Below, one piece after another: positions 49,758 through 58,388 of a DNA stretch of 64,000 nt. Numbering within the stretch: the stretch's first letter is position 1; each line of letters begins with the position of its first letter. The stretch spans positions 61,351 through 125,350 of the forward strand of contig JBBRQS010000003.1 in the NCBI GenBank assembly GCA_038226035.1. Reading direction: 5' to 3'. The notes beneath the pieces were generated by a model that did no database searches, was not told the DNA's origin, and worked only from the letters and a program-made list of their open reading frames with translations. Source of the stretch: Chitinophagales bacterium. Lineage in GTDB: Bacteria > Bacteroidota > Bacteroidia > Chitinophagales > Saprospiraceae. Made by a program: the position numbers and the translations under genes.

Positions 49758-50168
49758 ATGGAAAGAAGAAACTTTTTAGAATCCATTGGTTTGGGTGCAG
49801 CGTTTGTGCTTACCGCAAGTTGCCTGCATTCTTGTACAAGTTCCGCAGCAGGTACGGGTAGCGTAGATTTCACGCTCGACCTTACAACGTCTGCCAACGC
49901 AAATTTAAAAACAAAAGGAAATTACATTGTCACGAATGGGGTAGTGGTTGCACTCGACAACAACGGCAATTACGTGGCAGCTACTCAAGTTTGCTCGCAC
50001 GCAAACAATCCGAATATTTATTTCGACGGACCTTCGAGCCAATTTCGTTGTACGGTACACGGTGCGCAATTTTCCGAAACGGGAGTGGGCTTAAATGCTA
50101 ACGCTTCAAGAGGATTAACGATTTATAATACGGCATTGTCCGGCAATTCTTTGCGCGTGTACGGTTAA
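49758..50168 (+). CDS. small Rieske [2Fe-2S] domain protein with Tat-type signal
   Basis: MERRNFLESIGLGAAF twin-Arg signal. CSH...(17 aa)...CTVHG Rieske ligands. Confidence 0.75.
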   Translation: MERRNFLESIGLGAAFVLTASCLHSCTSSAAGTGSVDFTLDLTTSANANLKTKGNYIVTNGVVVALDNNGNYVAATQVCSHANNPNIYFDGPSSQFRCTVHGAQFSETGVGLNANASRGLTIYNTALSGNSLRVYG

Positions 50169-50284
50169 ATTATTATTATTCAATGGAATTTTTTTGCGGA
50201 TTTAGCATAATAGTTTACTTTTGACAAAAAATAATGCGAGCTTTTTTATTAAGCGTACATTTTTAAATAAAATATTACAAGCCG

Positions 50285-50686
50285 ATGAAAAACCGTTTTT
50301 TAATTGCTTTTCTGTTTATTGCGATCGGAACGTATCTGACGGGTTGTTACAACGATAACGAACAATCGCTCTACGGAAAAGGTAATATCGTCGTATGTGA
50401 TACGACGGCAGCTACTTTTACGGCAGTTATTTCGCCGATAATCGTTCAAAATTGTGCGGTGCCGGGTTGTCATACAAATAGTTCCTATCAATTTAATGGG
50501 GGCATAAATTTGGAGGGATACGCCAACATTCAAAAATTTATTAAAGCCGATAACGGTACCAATTTGTTTGGCACTATTCGGCAATTACCTGGTCATTCAC
50601 CGATGCCTAAAAATGGCATAAAATTGCCGGATTGCACCATTAATAAATTACAGGCTTGGTTTAATCGCGGCTATTTGAATAATTAG
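50285..50686 (+). CDS. small lipoprotein with CxxxxCH motif (possible haem/metal site)
   Basis: Lipobox YLTGC. IVQNCAVPGCHTN....GGINLEGY resembles cytochrome-like PSCyt-type segments. Weak. Confidence 0.45.
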   Translation: MKNRFLIAFLFIAIGTYLTGCYNDNEQSLYGKGNIVVCDTTAATFTAVISPIIVQNCAVPGCHTNSSYQFNGGINLEGYANIQKFIKADNGTNLFGTIRQLPGHSPMPKNGIKLPDCTINKLQAWFNRGYLNN

Positions 50687-50710
50687 AAATAAGATGACAG
50701 ATAAAAAATA

Positions 50711-50757
50711 AAAAAATCCGGATAAAGAAAATTATTTTTCTCTATCCGGATTTTTTT
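50711..50757. terminator. bidirectional rho-independent terminator
   Basis: aaaaaaatccggataaagaaaa ... ttttctctatccggattttttt between convergent genes. Confidence 0.75.
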
Positions 50758-50795
50758 GTAAATTTTTAAAGATTTGAAATTAAAAATTTAGTCTC

Positions 50796-51602
50796 TCATC
50801 TCTTCTCTCTATTTTCTATGGCTTTGCGCACGGAACCGTATTTTTTAATTAAAGTCTTAGCGACTTGTGCGTCAATATTTAATTCATGCATCAACATTTT
50901 TTCGCCGCGTTGAATGAGTTTGTGATTACTCATTTTCATATCCACCATGCGATTGCCTTTTACGCGCCCTTGTTTTATCATCAAAGCAGTTGAAATCATA
51001 TTCAACACTAATTTTGTAGCAGTACCCGCTTTCATGCGCGTTGATCCGGTAACAAATTCCGGTCCGACGATAACTTCTATTGGATTTTGTGCCGCTTGTG
51101 CTATCGCACTGTTCGGGTTACACACAACACAACCTGTCAATAATCCTTTTTTATTAGCTGCATGGATACCGCCGACAACGTAAGGCGTGCTACCGGAAGC
51201 AGCAATACCGACTAAAATATCATTTTCGTCAGGCTCGAATTTTTCTAAATCTTTCCATGCTTGTTCGGCATCGTCTTCGGCAAATTCGGCAGCGTGGCGA
51301 ATCGCTTTATCGCCGCCGGCAATAACGCCGACCACCGAATTGTGAGATACGCCGTAGGTTGGCGGAATTTCACTCGCATCTAAAATACCCAAACGTCCGC
51401 TCGTACCGGCACCGATATAAAATAATCTGCCGCCCTTTTGCATTCTTTCGTATGCTGCCGTAACTAATTTTTCTATTTGCGGTAAAGCGTGTTCGACTGC
51501 GAGCGCAACGGTTTTATCTTCGTCGTTTATCGCGCGCAGTAATTCGGCAACCGATTTTTGTTCCAGATTATCGTGATTCGATACTTTTTCTGTAAAATTC
51601 AT
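50796..51602 (-). CDS. murQ: N-acetylmuramic acid 6-phosphate etherase
   Basis: SIS-domain motifs GAGTSGRLGILDASEIPPTYG, STRMKAGTATK, and full-length match to MurQ. Confidence 0.9.
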   Translation of the reverse strand: MNFTEKVSNHDNLEQKSVAELLRAINDEDKTVALAVEHALPQIEKLVTAAYERMQKGGRLFYIGAGTSGRLGILDASEIPPTYGVSHNSVVGVIAGGDKAIRHAAEFAEDDAEQAWKDLEKFEPDENDILVGIAASGSTPYVVGGIHAANKKGLLTGCVVCNPNSAIAQAAQNPIEVIVGPEFVTGSTRMKAGTATKLVLNMISTALMIKQGRVKGNRMVDMKMSNHKLIQRGEKMLMHELNIDAQVAKTLIKKYGSVRKAIENREKR

Positions 51603-51648
51603 AAATTTAATTTTATAAATTTCCTGACCGGATTGAAAAGTAGTTTGC

Positions 51649-52995
51649 TTAAACCAACATACGAATCGGATCTTCTATAATATCTTTGAGTGTTTGCAAA
51701 AATTGTGCACCTGTTGCACCGTCCACAACGCGGTGATCGCAAGACAAAGTCATTTTCATAACGTGACCGACTACAACCGCGCCGTTTTTCACCACGGGTT
51801 TTTGCATAATGGAGCCTACGGCTAAAATACACGCATCGGGCGGATTGATGATGGCGGTAAATTCTTCGATATCGAACATACCTAAGTTGGATATCGAAAA
51901 AGTATTGCCCTGCATTTCGGGCAGTTGTAATTTGCCTTCTTTCGCTTTACCGGCTAATGCGCGCACTTCGGCGCCGATTTGCGTCAAAGATTTTGTATCG
52001 GCATTTCGTATTACCGGTACAAACAAGCCTTCACCTACGGCGACAGCTACACCGACATTGATGTTGTAATTTTTACGGATAAAATCGCCCATCCACGATG
52101 AATTAATCGCCGGATGTTTTTTCAATGCGGTGGCGGCGGCGCGCACGACTATATCATTATAGGAAATTTTTGCAGGCGCCGCTATTTTATTGAGTTGTTC
52201 GCGCACTTCCATACATTTATCCATCGCTATTTCAATCGTTAAATAAAAATGCGGTGCCGAAAATTTACTTTCACCCAAACGTTTAGCGATTATTTTGCGC
52301 ACATTCGAAAGAGGAATATCTTCGTAACCGGCGTTTTCCGCGCCGTTTGAAACAACTTGAACTTGTTTCTGTACAACGGCAGCCGGCGTGAAAGTCGGTT
52401 GCTGTTGAGGTGCCGCGCTCGGTGCGGGCGTTTTAGCGGCGGCTTTTTCTACATCGCTTTTCACGATGCGCCCGTTATCGCCGGAACCTTGTATAGATTG
52501 TATCGGAATACCCGCGCTTTTCGCCATTTCTTTTGCCAACGGAGATGCTAAAATACGTCCGGCATCGTGTGTTTCCACTTGAGCGGCAGTATCCGAGTGC
52601 GTTTCGGCAGTAACGGGTTGCGAAGTTGTTTTTACCGTTGCAACAACGGCAACTTCGGGTAAAGATTTTGTTTCGGGTACAGCAGTAGGTGCGGCTTCGG
52701 TTTTTGTTTCCGGTGCTGCCGGCGCACCGCCTTTCAATAGATTTTCATAAGCTTCACCCGCTTTACCGATAACAACTAAAGGCGCACCGACTAAAAGTTT
52801 ATCGCCAACTTGCGCACCGATATATAAAAGAATACCTTTTTTCGGACTTTCAAAATCCATTGTTGCTTTATCGGAATTAATTTCGGCGAGTAAATCGCCT
52901 TTTTCTACCGCATCGCCTACTTTTTTGTGCCAAGTTGCCAATTCACCTTCTTCCATCGAGTCGCTCAATCGCGGCATTAATATTACGTCAGCCAT
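51649..52995 (-). CDS. 2-oxoacid dehydrogenase E2 component (dihydrolipoyllysine-residue acyltransferase)
   Basis: Lipoyl domain (EINSDKATMDFES), peripheral subunit-binding domain (ILASPLAKEMAK), catalytic DHRVVDG motif. Confidence 0.9.
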   Translation of the reverse strand: MADVILMPRLSDSMEEGELATWHKKVGDAVEKGDLLAEINSDKATMDFESPKKGILLYIGAQVGDKLLVGAPLVVIGKAGEAYENLLKGGAPAAPETKTEAAPTAVPETKSLPEVAVVATVKTTSQPVTAETHSDTAAQVETHDAGRILASPLAKEMAKSAGIPIQSIQGSGDNGRIVKSDVEKAAAKTPAPSAAPQQQPTFTPAAVVQKQVQVVSNGAENAGYEDIPLSNVRKIIAKRLGESKFSAPHFYLTIEIAMDKCMEVREQLNKIAAPAKISYNDIVVRAAATALKKHPAINSSWMGDFIRKNYNINVGVAVAVGEGLFVPVIRNADTKSLTQIGAEVRALAGKAKEGKLQLPEMQGNTFSISNLGMFDIEEFTAIINPPDACILAVGSIMQKPVVKNGAVVVGHVMKMTLSCDHRVVDGATGAQFLQTLKDIIEDPIRMLV

Positions 52996-53147
52996 TTTTA
53001 TTTTTGTTTTTATTTAATAATTTTCATCAGATAAAAAAATATCGGAAAAAAATTTTTACCGTTAATCCAATACAAACGCAAATATAAAACAAGTTTAACT
53101 ACTCTGCGTTTGCAGATGTTTAATATATTTGCTCGAAAAGTAAATTT

Positions 53148-53759
53148 ATGCAACTCTCTTCTCAATTACTGCAAAATGCCGTGAATGCTTTTGCTTCCTT
53201 ACCGGGTATAGGAAAAAAATCGGCTTTACGTTTGGTGTTGTATTTAGTAAAACAACCGACTGATAAAACCGAAAATTTTGCTAACACAATTGCCGATATG
53301 CGGCAACGCATAAAAATTTGCCGGCGATGCCATAACCTTTCCGACAACGACTTGTGTAGTATTTGCAGCGATTCGCGCCGCGATCAACCTACCGTTATGG
53401 TCGTTGAAAGTATTCGCGATGTAATGGCGATTGAAGAAACTCAACAATATCGCGGTATATATCATGTACTCGGCGGCGTGATTTCGCCGATTGAAGGTAT
53501 CGGACCGAACGATATTCAAGTGATGTCGCTCATTGAGCGCGTTCAGAGCGGAGAAGTGAAAGAAATTATTATGGCTATTTCGCCGACGATTGAAGGCGAA
53601 ACCACTATTTTTTATTTGTCGCGACAACTGCAAATGTATCCCGTCCTGATTTCCACTTTGGCGCGCGGTATTTCTTTCGGCAGCGAACTGGAATATGCCG
53701 ATGAAACAACGCTCGGTCGCTCAATCGCGCAACGTGTACCGTATAAAACAGGTGAATAA
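53148..53759 (+). CDS. recR: recombination protein RecR
   Basis: LPGIGKKSALRL HhH, C4 zinc finger CRRCHNLSDNDLCSIC, Toprim region. Confidence 0.9.
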   Translation: MQLSSQLLQNAVNAFASLPGIGKKSALRLVLYLVKQPTDKTENFANTIADMRQRIKICRRCHNLSDNDLCSICSDSRRDQPTVMVVESIRDVMAIEETQQYRGIYHVLGGVISPIEGIGPNDIQVMSLIERVQSGEVKEIIMAISPTIEGETTIFYLSRQLQMYPVLISTLARGISFGSELEYADETTLGRSIAQRVPYKTGE

Positions 53760-53930
53760 CTCCCTTAAATCCTTTTTTTGACTTTCATTTAACTAAGTTT
53801 AGGAATTTTAAATTAATAATAACGCCGCCTTAAAAGTGCTTAACACCGAATGCGGCGTTCTTTGTATTGTCAATTAAAAATGACATAATTTCAAAAGTTT
53901 AAAAATTTCAATATCCTTTAATTTCTCAAA

Positions 53931-54626
53931 ATGAAAAAGCAAATTTTTTTCGCCGCAACGGCAATCGTTTTCTTTTCAGTAAACACCAATGTACAAGCTC
54001 AAAATTTTGTTGGCGTACGTACGTCTTTAGCATTTCAAAACGTATCGGCACCATCGTTGAACGGTCAAGTTTCTTTCAATACCATTTCTACATATACGGT
54101 CGGTGCGGTCGGCGAATTTGCTTTAGGTCCTAATTTATCCGTTCAACCGGAATTAAATTATGCCGAAAAAGGTTTTAAAGTAAATGCTGATGTAGCTGGT
54201 ATATCTATTTTAGGAACTAATCTCAGCTTAGGCAGTTCAGCAGTTACATCGTTTAAGTATATTGATATGCCGGTTATGTTGAAATATAAATTCGGTGATG
54301 AGGGTGGAATGCGTTGGTATGTAACGGGCGGACCTACATTCGGATACGCCTCAAGCGGTTCATTGAATACTTATGCCGATGTGATTATAAAACTTAAACT
54401 TACATCTACACCGATTGATTTTACGGCAAACGGTTTCAATCAGTTTGAAGTAGGGGGTGCCATCGGCGGCGGTTTAGAAATACCGGTCGGCGACAACAAA
54501 TTTTTCGCTGATGTCCGTTATACGCACGGTTTCACGGATGTTTATACCGTACCTGTAATCGGTGTTGCGGTACGAAATACCGGTTTTGCAATCGGTGTAG
54601 GGTACATGGTCAGTTTCGGTAAGTAA
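53931..54626 (+). CDS. porin-family outer membrane beta-barrel protein (OMP_b-brl_2 type)
   Basis: Signal peptide, about 8 amphipathic strands, YIDMPVMLKY and C-terminal GVGYMVSFGK. Confidence 0.7.
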   Translation: MKKQIFFAATAIVFFSVNTNVQAQNFVGVRTSLAFQNVSAPSLNGQVSFNTISTYTVGAVGEFALGPNLSVQPELNYAEKGFKVNADVAGISILGTNLSLGSSAVTSFKYIDMPVMLKYKFGDEGGMRWYVTGGPTFGYASSGSLNTYADVIIKLKLTSTPIDFTANGFNQFEVGGAIGGGLEIPVGDNKFFADVRYTHGFTDVYTVPVIGVAVRNTGFAIGVGYMVSFGK

Positions 54627-54712
54627 AAATTTAGTCATTTTAATAACAAAAAGAAAGATTATTTCGTTATAGTGATGAGTAATTTTTTTTTATTTTTCAA
54701 AACACTTTTCTT

Positions 54713-55429
54713 ATGAAGCAAACACTGCTTATTGTGGCGGCACTTTTTTTGGTGCTGCTGTCTTTTTCTTCTTCCGATGCGCAAATCGGAATACGTGCCG
54801 AAGCCGTTTTCAGTAAAATTAACGGCGACGATGTTTTTTCAAAATCCTTGACAACATCGAATGGCTCGACCAACATTAATTTCCAAACGGGTTACGGTGC
54901 GGCATTGACGTTTCAGATTCCTATCGGCAATGTTTTCAGTTTTCAACCCGAAATTCATTATATCCGACGCGGGTATAAAATTAACTCAGTTTACGGTTCC
55001 GATACTTCGGTTATCGGAAAAACAAAGGTTGACGGCGGTTTGGTGACTCAATACGTTGATATTCCGTTATTCCTGAAAGTAAACATTGGCAGTCCGTCCA
55101 AAACGCATCTTTTTTTAATGGCGGGTCCGTATTTGGGTTATGCGATTAGCGGCACTTTAAATTCGGTGTCAACCGGTAATCAAACGGTGAGTTCTTCGTC
55201 GGCTTTTGATTTCAATGCCAATAATTACAATCGTTTTGATTACGGTATCGGAGGCGGAATCGGTGTAGGTTTTCCTATCGGCGGCGGTACTTTAACTTTA
55301 GACGGCAGGTACAATCAAGGTATCGGTAACCTGAGTAGATCTTCGAATTCCTCCGCGCCGACGTTTACGAACGGAAAATCCAATAATCAATGGATCAGCA
55401 TTGGTTTAGGTTATGTTTTCGGGTTTTAA
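54713..55429 (+). CDS. porin-family outer membrane beta-barrel protein, paralog of 53931-54626
   Basis: Same architecture (YVDIPLFLKV, ...GLGYVFGF). Confidence 0.7.
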   Translation: MKQTLLIVAALFLVLLSFSSSDAQIGIRAEAVFSKINGDDVFSKSLTTSNGSTNINFQTGYGAALTFQIPIGNVFSFQPEIHYIRRGYKINSVYGSDTSVIGKTKVDGGLVTQYVDIPLFLKVNIGSPSKTHLFLMAGPYLGYAISGTLNSVSTGNQTVSSSSAFDFNANNYNRFDYGIGGGIGVGFPIGGGTLTLDGRYNQGIGNLSRSSNSSAPTFTNGKSNNQWISIGLGYVFGF

Positions 55430-55448
55430 AAATTAAATTTTGTCTAAT

Positions 55449-55500
55449 AAAAACAACCGCCTCGCAAACTTTTTTTGGTTTGTGAGGTGGTTTTTGTTTT
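55449..55500. terminator. hairpin/terminator, copy 1 of a duplicated ~50-70-bp sequence
   Basis: aaaaacaaccgcctcgcaaac ttttttt ggtttgtgaggtggtttttgtttt. A near-identical copy lies at 55917-55969. Confidence 0.75.
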
Positions 55501-55585
55501 AAATTAAGACTCTAAGGAAATAATCCGGCGTTAATTAAATCAAGCCGTTCAAGAATACGGTTAGTATCGTTTAAGTTTAAAATTT

Positions 55586-55852
55586 TTATTGTCGCTTCTG
55601 CAATCTCTGTTTGGACGGTGCTAAACGTAATTTTGCTCGTGACTTGGCAAGTCGCACAATATGCTCTAAAATAAAATAATGATCCAACTCTTCCTGTTCA
55701 CGTGCCGACAGATTTGTTTCTTTTTTCTTTTCAATTAATATTTCAACACGTGTCTGTAAATCTTTGGGGGCATGAAAAGCCAAAACCTTTGCAGCATCCA
55801 AACCCGCTATGAAATCCGCAAGGCTATCGTATATATTTTGATAAGCTACCAT
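55586..55852 (-). CDS. hypothetical 88-aa helical protein (antitoxin-like size, unassigned)
   Basis: ATG start, all-helical charged sequence, bracketed by the duplicated hairpin. No partner gene. Confidence 0.5.
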   Translation of the reverse strand: MVAYQNIYDSLADFIAGLDAAKVLAFHAPKDLQTRVEILIEKKKETNLSAREQEELDHYFILEHIVRLAKSRAKLRLAPSKQRLQKRQ

Positions 55853-55916
55853 TCTCGTAAATTTTAACTAAATTCTATTATTCTACAAAATTACACTTTT
55901 TCGAGAATATTCAAAA

Positions 55917-55969
55917 TAAAACAAAACCGCCTCGCAAACTTTTTTTGGTTTGTGAGGCGGTTTTGTTTT
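55917..55969. terminator. hairpin/terminator, copy 2 of the duplicated sequence
   Basis: aaaaacaaaaccgcctcgcaaac ttttttt ggtttgtgaggcggttttgtttt. Similarity continues about 20 nt further (ttaagtgtttagg vs ttaagactctaagg). Confidence 0.75.
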
Positions 55970-56023
55970 AGTTTAAGTGTTTAGGCAAAAATATGAAAAC
56001 TTCATTGAACAAGCTACACAAAT

Positions 56024-56470
56024 TTACAGCGTATTTTTTTGATGTTTATTAATAATTTGCTTAATTCTTTCCTCTTGCATTTTTAAAGATTTTGCAATTA
56101 TTGGAACAGATACACCATTTTCATAAAAACCAATCACCGCTTCAACCTCCCTTTCTTTAATTGCATTTTCAATATCTAATTTTCCCGCGCGGACAAGCGT
56201 ACCAGTACGCGCCAGCATATTACTGTATTGCTCGTATTGTTCGGGCGTAAAACTGCGCACATCCAATTCTTTAATCGCACTTTCGAGCCATTCTTCCGTA
56301 AAAAAATCAGGTTGCTTTAAGTCCGTCGCGTACTTCGGTAAATTTTTCATCGTAAAAATAAGTTTTTCTAAATCGCTTTATTTGCCGAATGTTGCTTTAA
56401 AGCCATAATCCGAAGTAAATTGAATAAACGGATTGTCAGCAGATTGTTCGTGTATGTTACTTATGATCAT
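56024..56470 (-). pseudogene. remnant of a PD-(D/E)XK Rpn/PDDEXK_2-type nuclease gene: N-terminal ~30 aa and C-terminal 108 aa kept, nuclease core missing
   Basis: N-fragment ...NPFIQFTSDYGFKATFGK* matches the family's D.GFK..FG start. The C-fragment (FTPEQYEQY...GVSVPIIAKSLKMQEERIKQI) matches the family's helical/HTH tail. Only 27 nt separate the fragments. Confidence 0.5.
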
Positions 56471-56719
56471 GGGGCAAAGGTAAAAATTATTTTGTGTATA
56501 AATTTTTTTTGATTGCGGGAGGCGATATTCATTTAGTTTACGACCGCATTTGTAAAAATTGTTTGTCAAAGAATATTAAGACGATGAAAATATATTAAAA
56601 AATTGACTTTTAAAGATTTAATAACGAAAAATTAAATTAATATTATACCGAATTTTCTAACTCAATTAACATAAATAAATCAAAATAGCAATCAAGTTTC
56701 AAATAACTAAAAATAGATT

Positions 56720-57481
56720 ATGATAACAGAAGAAACAATTGTTGATGATATCGAATCAGAAGAAATACCCTATCGATATGAGATTACGAGTTATGGTGCC
56801 GATTATCCCGTTGATAGTATTGTTAAAAGAATAAATGATGATATTATTTATGTACCACCTTTTCAAAGAAAATTTGTTTGGAATATTGCTCAATCATCAA
56901 AATTTATTGAATCCCTAATAATTGGGCTTCCTGTTCCTGGTGTTTTTTTATCTAAAGAAAATTTGACGGGTAAACTTCTTATTGTAGATGGTCAGCAAAG
57001 ACTTATGTCTTTGTATAATTTTTACAAAGGTATATTTAGGGATAAAGAATTTGTATTGAGCGGATTAAACACTTACCCTAACGGATTAAATTCTGATCTA
57101 AATGGAAAAAGTTATAAAACTCTTGATGTTTTAGATAGAATGCGTTTAGATGACTCTATAATTCACGCAACAATTGTTAAACAAGATCAGCCTAACGATG
57201 AAGAAAGTAGCATTTACTTGATTTTTGAAAGGTTGAATACAGGAGGTAATCCTTTAACACCACAAGAGATTAGAGCATGTATTTACTATGGAGAATTTAA
57301 TCAATTTTTAGGTGAATTACAAAAAAATACAGATTGGCGTGCTGTGTTTGGTAAAGAAAATGAACGTCTAAAAGAGCAGGAACTTTTCTTAAGATTTTTT
57401 TCTTTATTTTTTGAAAGGAAAACTTATACCAAGCCGTTGAAAGGTTTGCTAACATCACAATTATTAAAAAAATCTATATAA
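56720..57481 (+). CDS. DUF262 (ParB-like nuclease, GmrSD N-terminal type) domain protein, probably 3'-truncated
   Basis: PPFQRKFVW, GLPVPGVFL and VDGQQRLMSL motifs. The ORF ends at 253 aa directly at a hairpin, with no DUF1524/HNH-type C-terminal half. Confidence 0.7.
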   Translation: MITEETIVDDIESEEIPYRYEITSYGADYPVDSIVKRINDDIIYVPPFQRKFVWNIAQSSKFIESLIIGLPVPGVFLSKENLTGKLLIVDGQQRLMSLYNFYKGIFRDKEFVLSGLNTYPNGLNSDLNGKSYKTLDVLDRMRLDDSIIHATIVKQDQPNDEESSIYLIFERLNTGGNPLTPQEIRACIYYGEFNQFLGELQKNTDWRAVFGKENERLKEQELFLRFFSLFFERKTYTKPLKGLLTSQLLKKSI

Positions 57482-57483
57482 AC

Positions 57484-57529
57484 CAAAAAAAACGCACAAA
57501 GAAAAATAATTTTCTTTGTGCGTTTTTTT
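57484..57529. terminator. hairpin/terminator, copy 1 of a second duplicated sequence
   Basis: aaaaaaaacgcacaaagaaaa ataatt ttctttgtgcgttttttt. A related copy lies at 58389-58434. Confidence 0.7.
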
Positions 57530-57839
57530 AGGCTATTTCAATACCGGTTTTTTTTATTTCATTAATGAATGGATCGCCTATTAAAAAATATTTTGTCGGG
57601 TAGGTATGCGCTTCTATAGTGCTGAATTTCTTATTGACACGCGCAATTAATTTTGCATTTTCCCATTTACTCAATCCGAATTGATCGGACACTAATAAGA
57701 CATCTATATCGGAAAAAGCGTGCGCGTTTCCGGTGACGGTTGAACCGAACAAGATAACTTTATTGAAAACAATATTATTTTCCTCGCAATTTTTAATAAA
57801 ATCCGTTACCGTATTTATTGCAATTTCTCGTGTAAGCAT
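57528..57839 (-). CDS. minimal nucleotidyltransferase (MNT) domain protein
   Basis: LFGSTVTGNAHAFSDIDVLLVSD (GS...DxD pol-beta NTase motif), 103 aa. Confidence 0.8.
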   Translation of the reverse strand: MLTREIAINTVTDFIKNCEENNIVFNKVILFGSTVTGNAHAFSDIDVLLVSDQFGLSKWENAKLIARVNKKFSTIEAHTYPTKYFLIGDPFINEIKKTGIEIA

Positions 57840-58210
57840 TCAAAAAGCAATTGAGTTTGAGCGATAATTTTTTTTGTTTCTTCTTTTTTTACCGTTTTTT
57901 GTAATTGTGCTAAATAGTCCGGATACCTTCCTTCAATTTGAAATGTATTCATTGATTGCAAAAAATCTGTATCATCATCCGATAATTCCAATTTTGTTTT
58001 TCCGAACAGAAAAATCAAATTATGCGTTTTAGGCGGAAAATTTTCGAGATTGTCTTTCACCCAATGTGCTTTCAATATTTTTTCCAGACATAGATGTGCG
58101 AAAAACAAAGCCTGAACATATTTCTTGCCTTTGAATAAGAAGTCAATTGCTTCTAAATCATCAGCTGCTGTCGTTTTCCAATAATCAATAAAATTTCTCT
58201 TATCGTTCAT
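57815..58210 (-). CDS. HEPN domain protein
   Basis: 131 aa, all-helical, KTHNLIFL and EGRYPDY motifs of PF05168-type HEPN. Overlaps the downstream MNT gene by 25 nt. Confidence 0.7.
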   Translation of the reverse strand: MNDKRNFIDYWKTTAADDLEAIDFLFKGKKYVQALFFAHLCLEKILKAHWVKDNLENFPPKTHNLIFLFGKTKLELSDDDTDFLQSMNTFQIEGRYPDYLAQLQKTVKKEETKKIIAQTQLLFECLHEKLQ

Positions 58211-58388
58211 CTGTATTTAAACGATAATGAATTTGCTATGTTTTGCAAGTTGCGTATTAAAATTCTCGTACAATGACAAAAGTAAGTACATTAATATAAG
58301 ATTTTTTTTACAAAGATAAAAATGTTTGCCGACTTTTACAAGAAACATAAATATCCAACACCAAATGCTATGAACTTTCAAGCGTTAA

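Noticed and set aside
51599-51832. 77-aa minus-strand ORF overlapping the 3' end of the E2 gene
   Set aside because: It is out of frame with and inside the well-supported E2 gene. Arg/Cys-rich.
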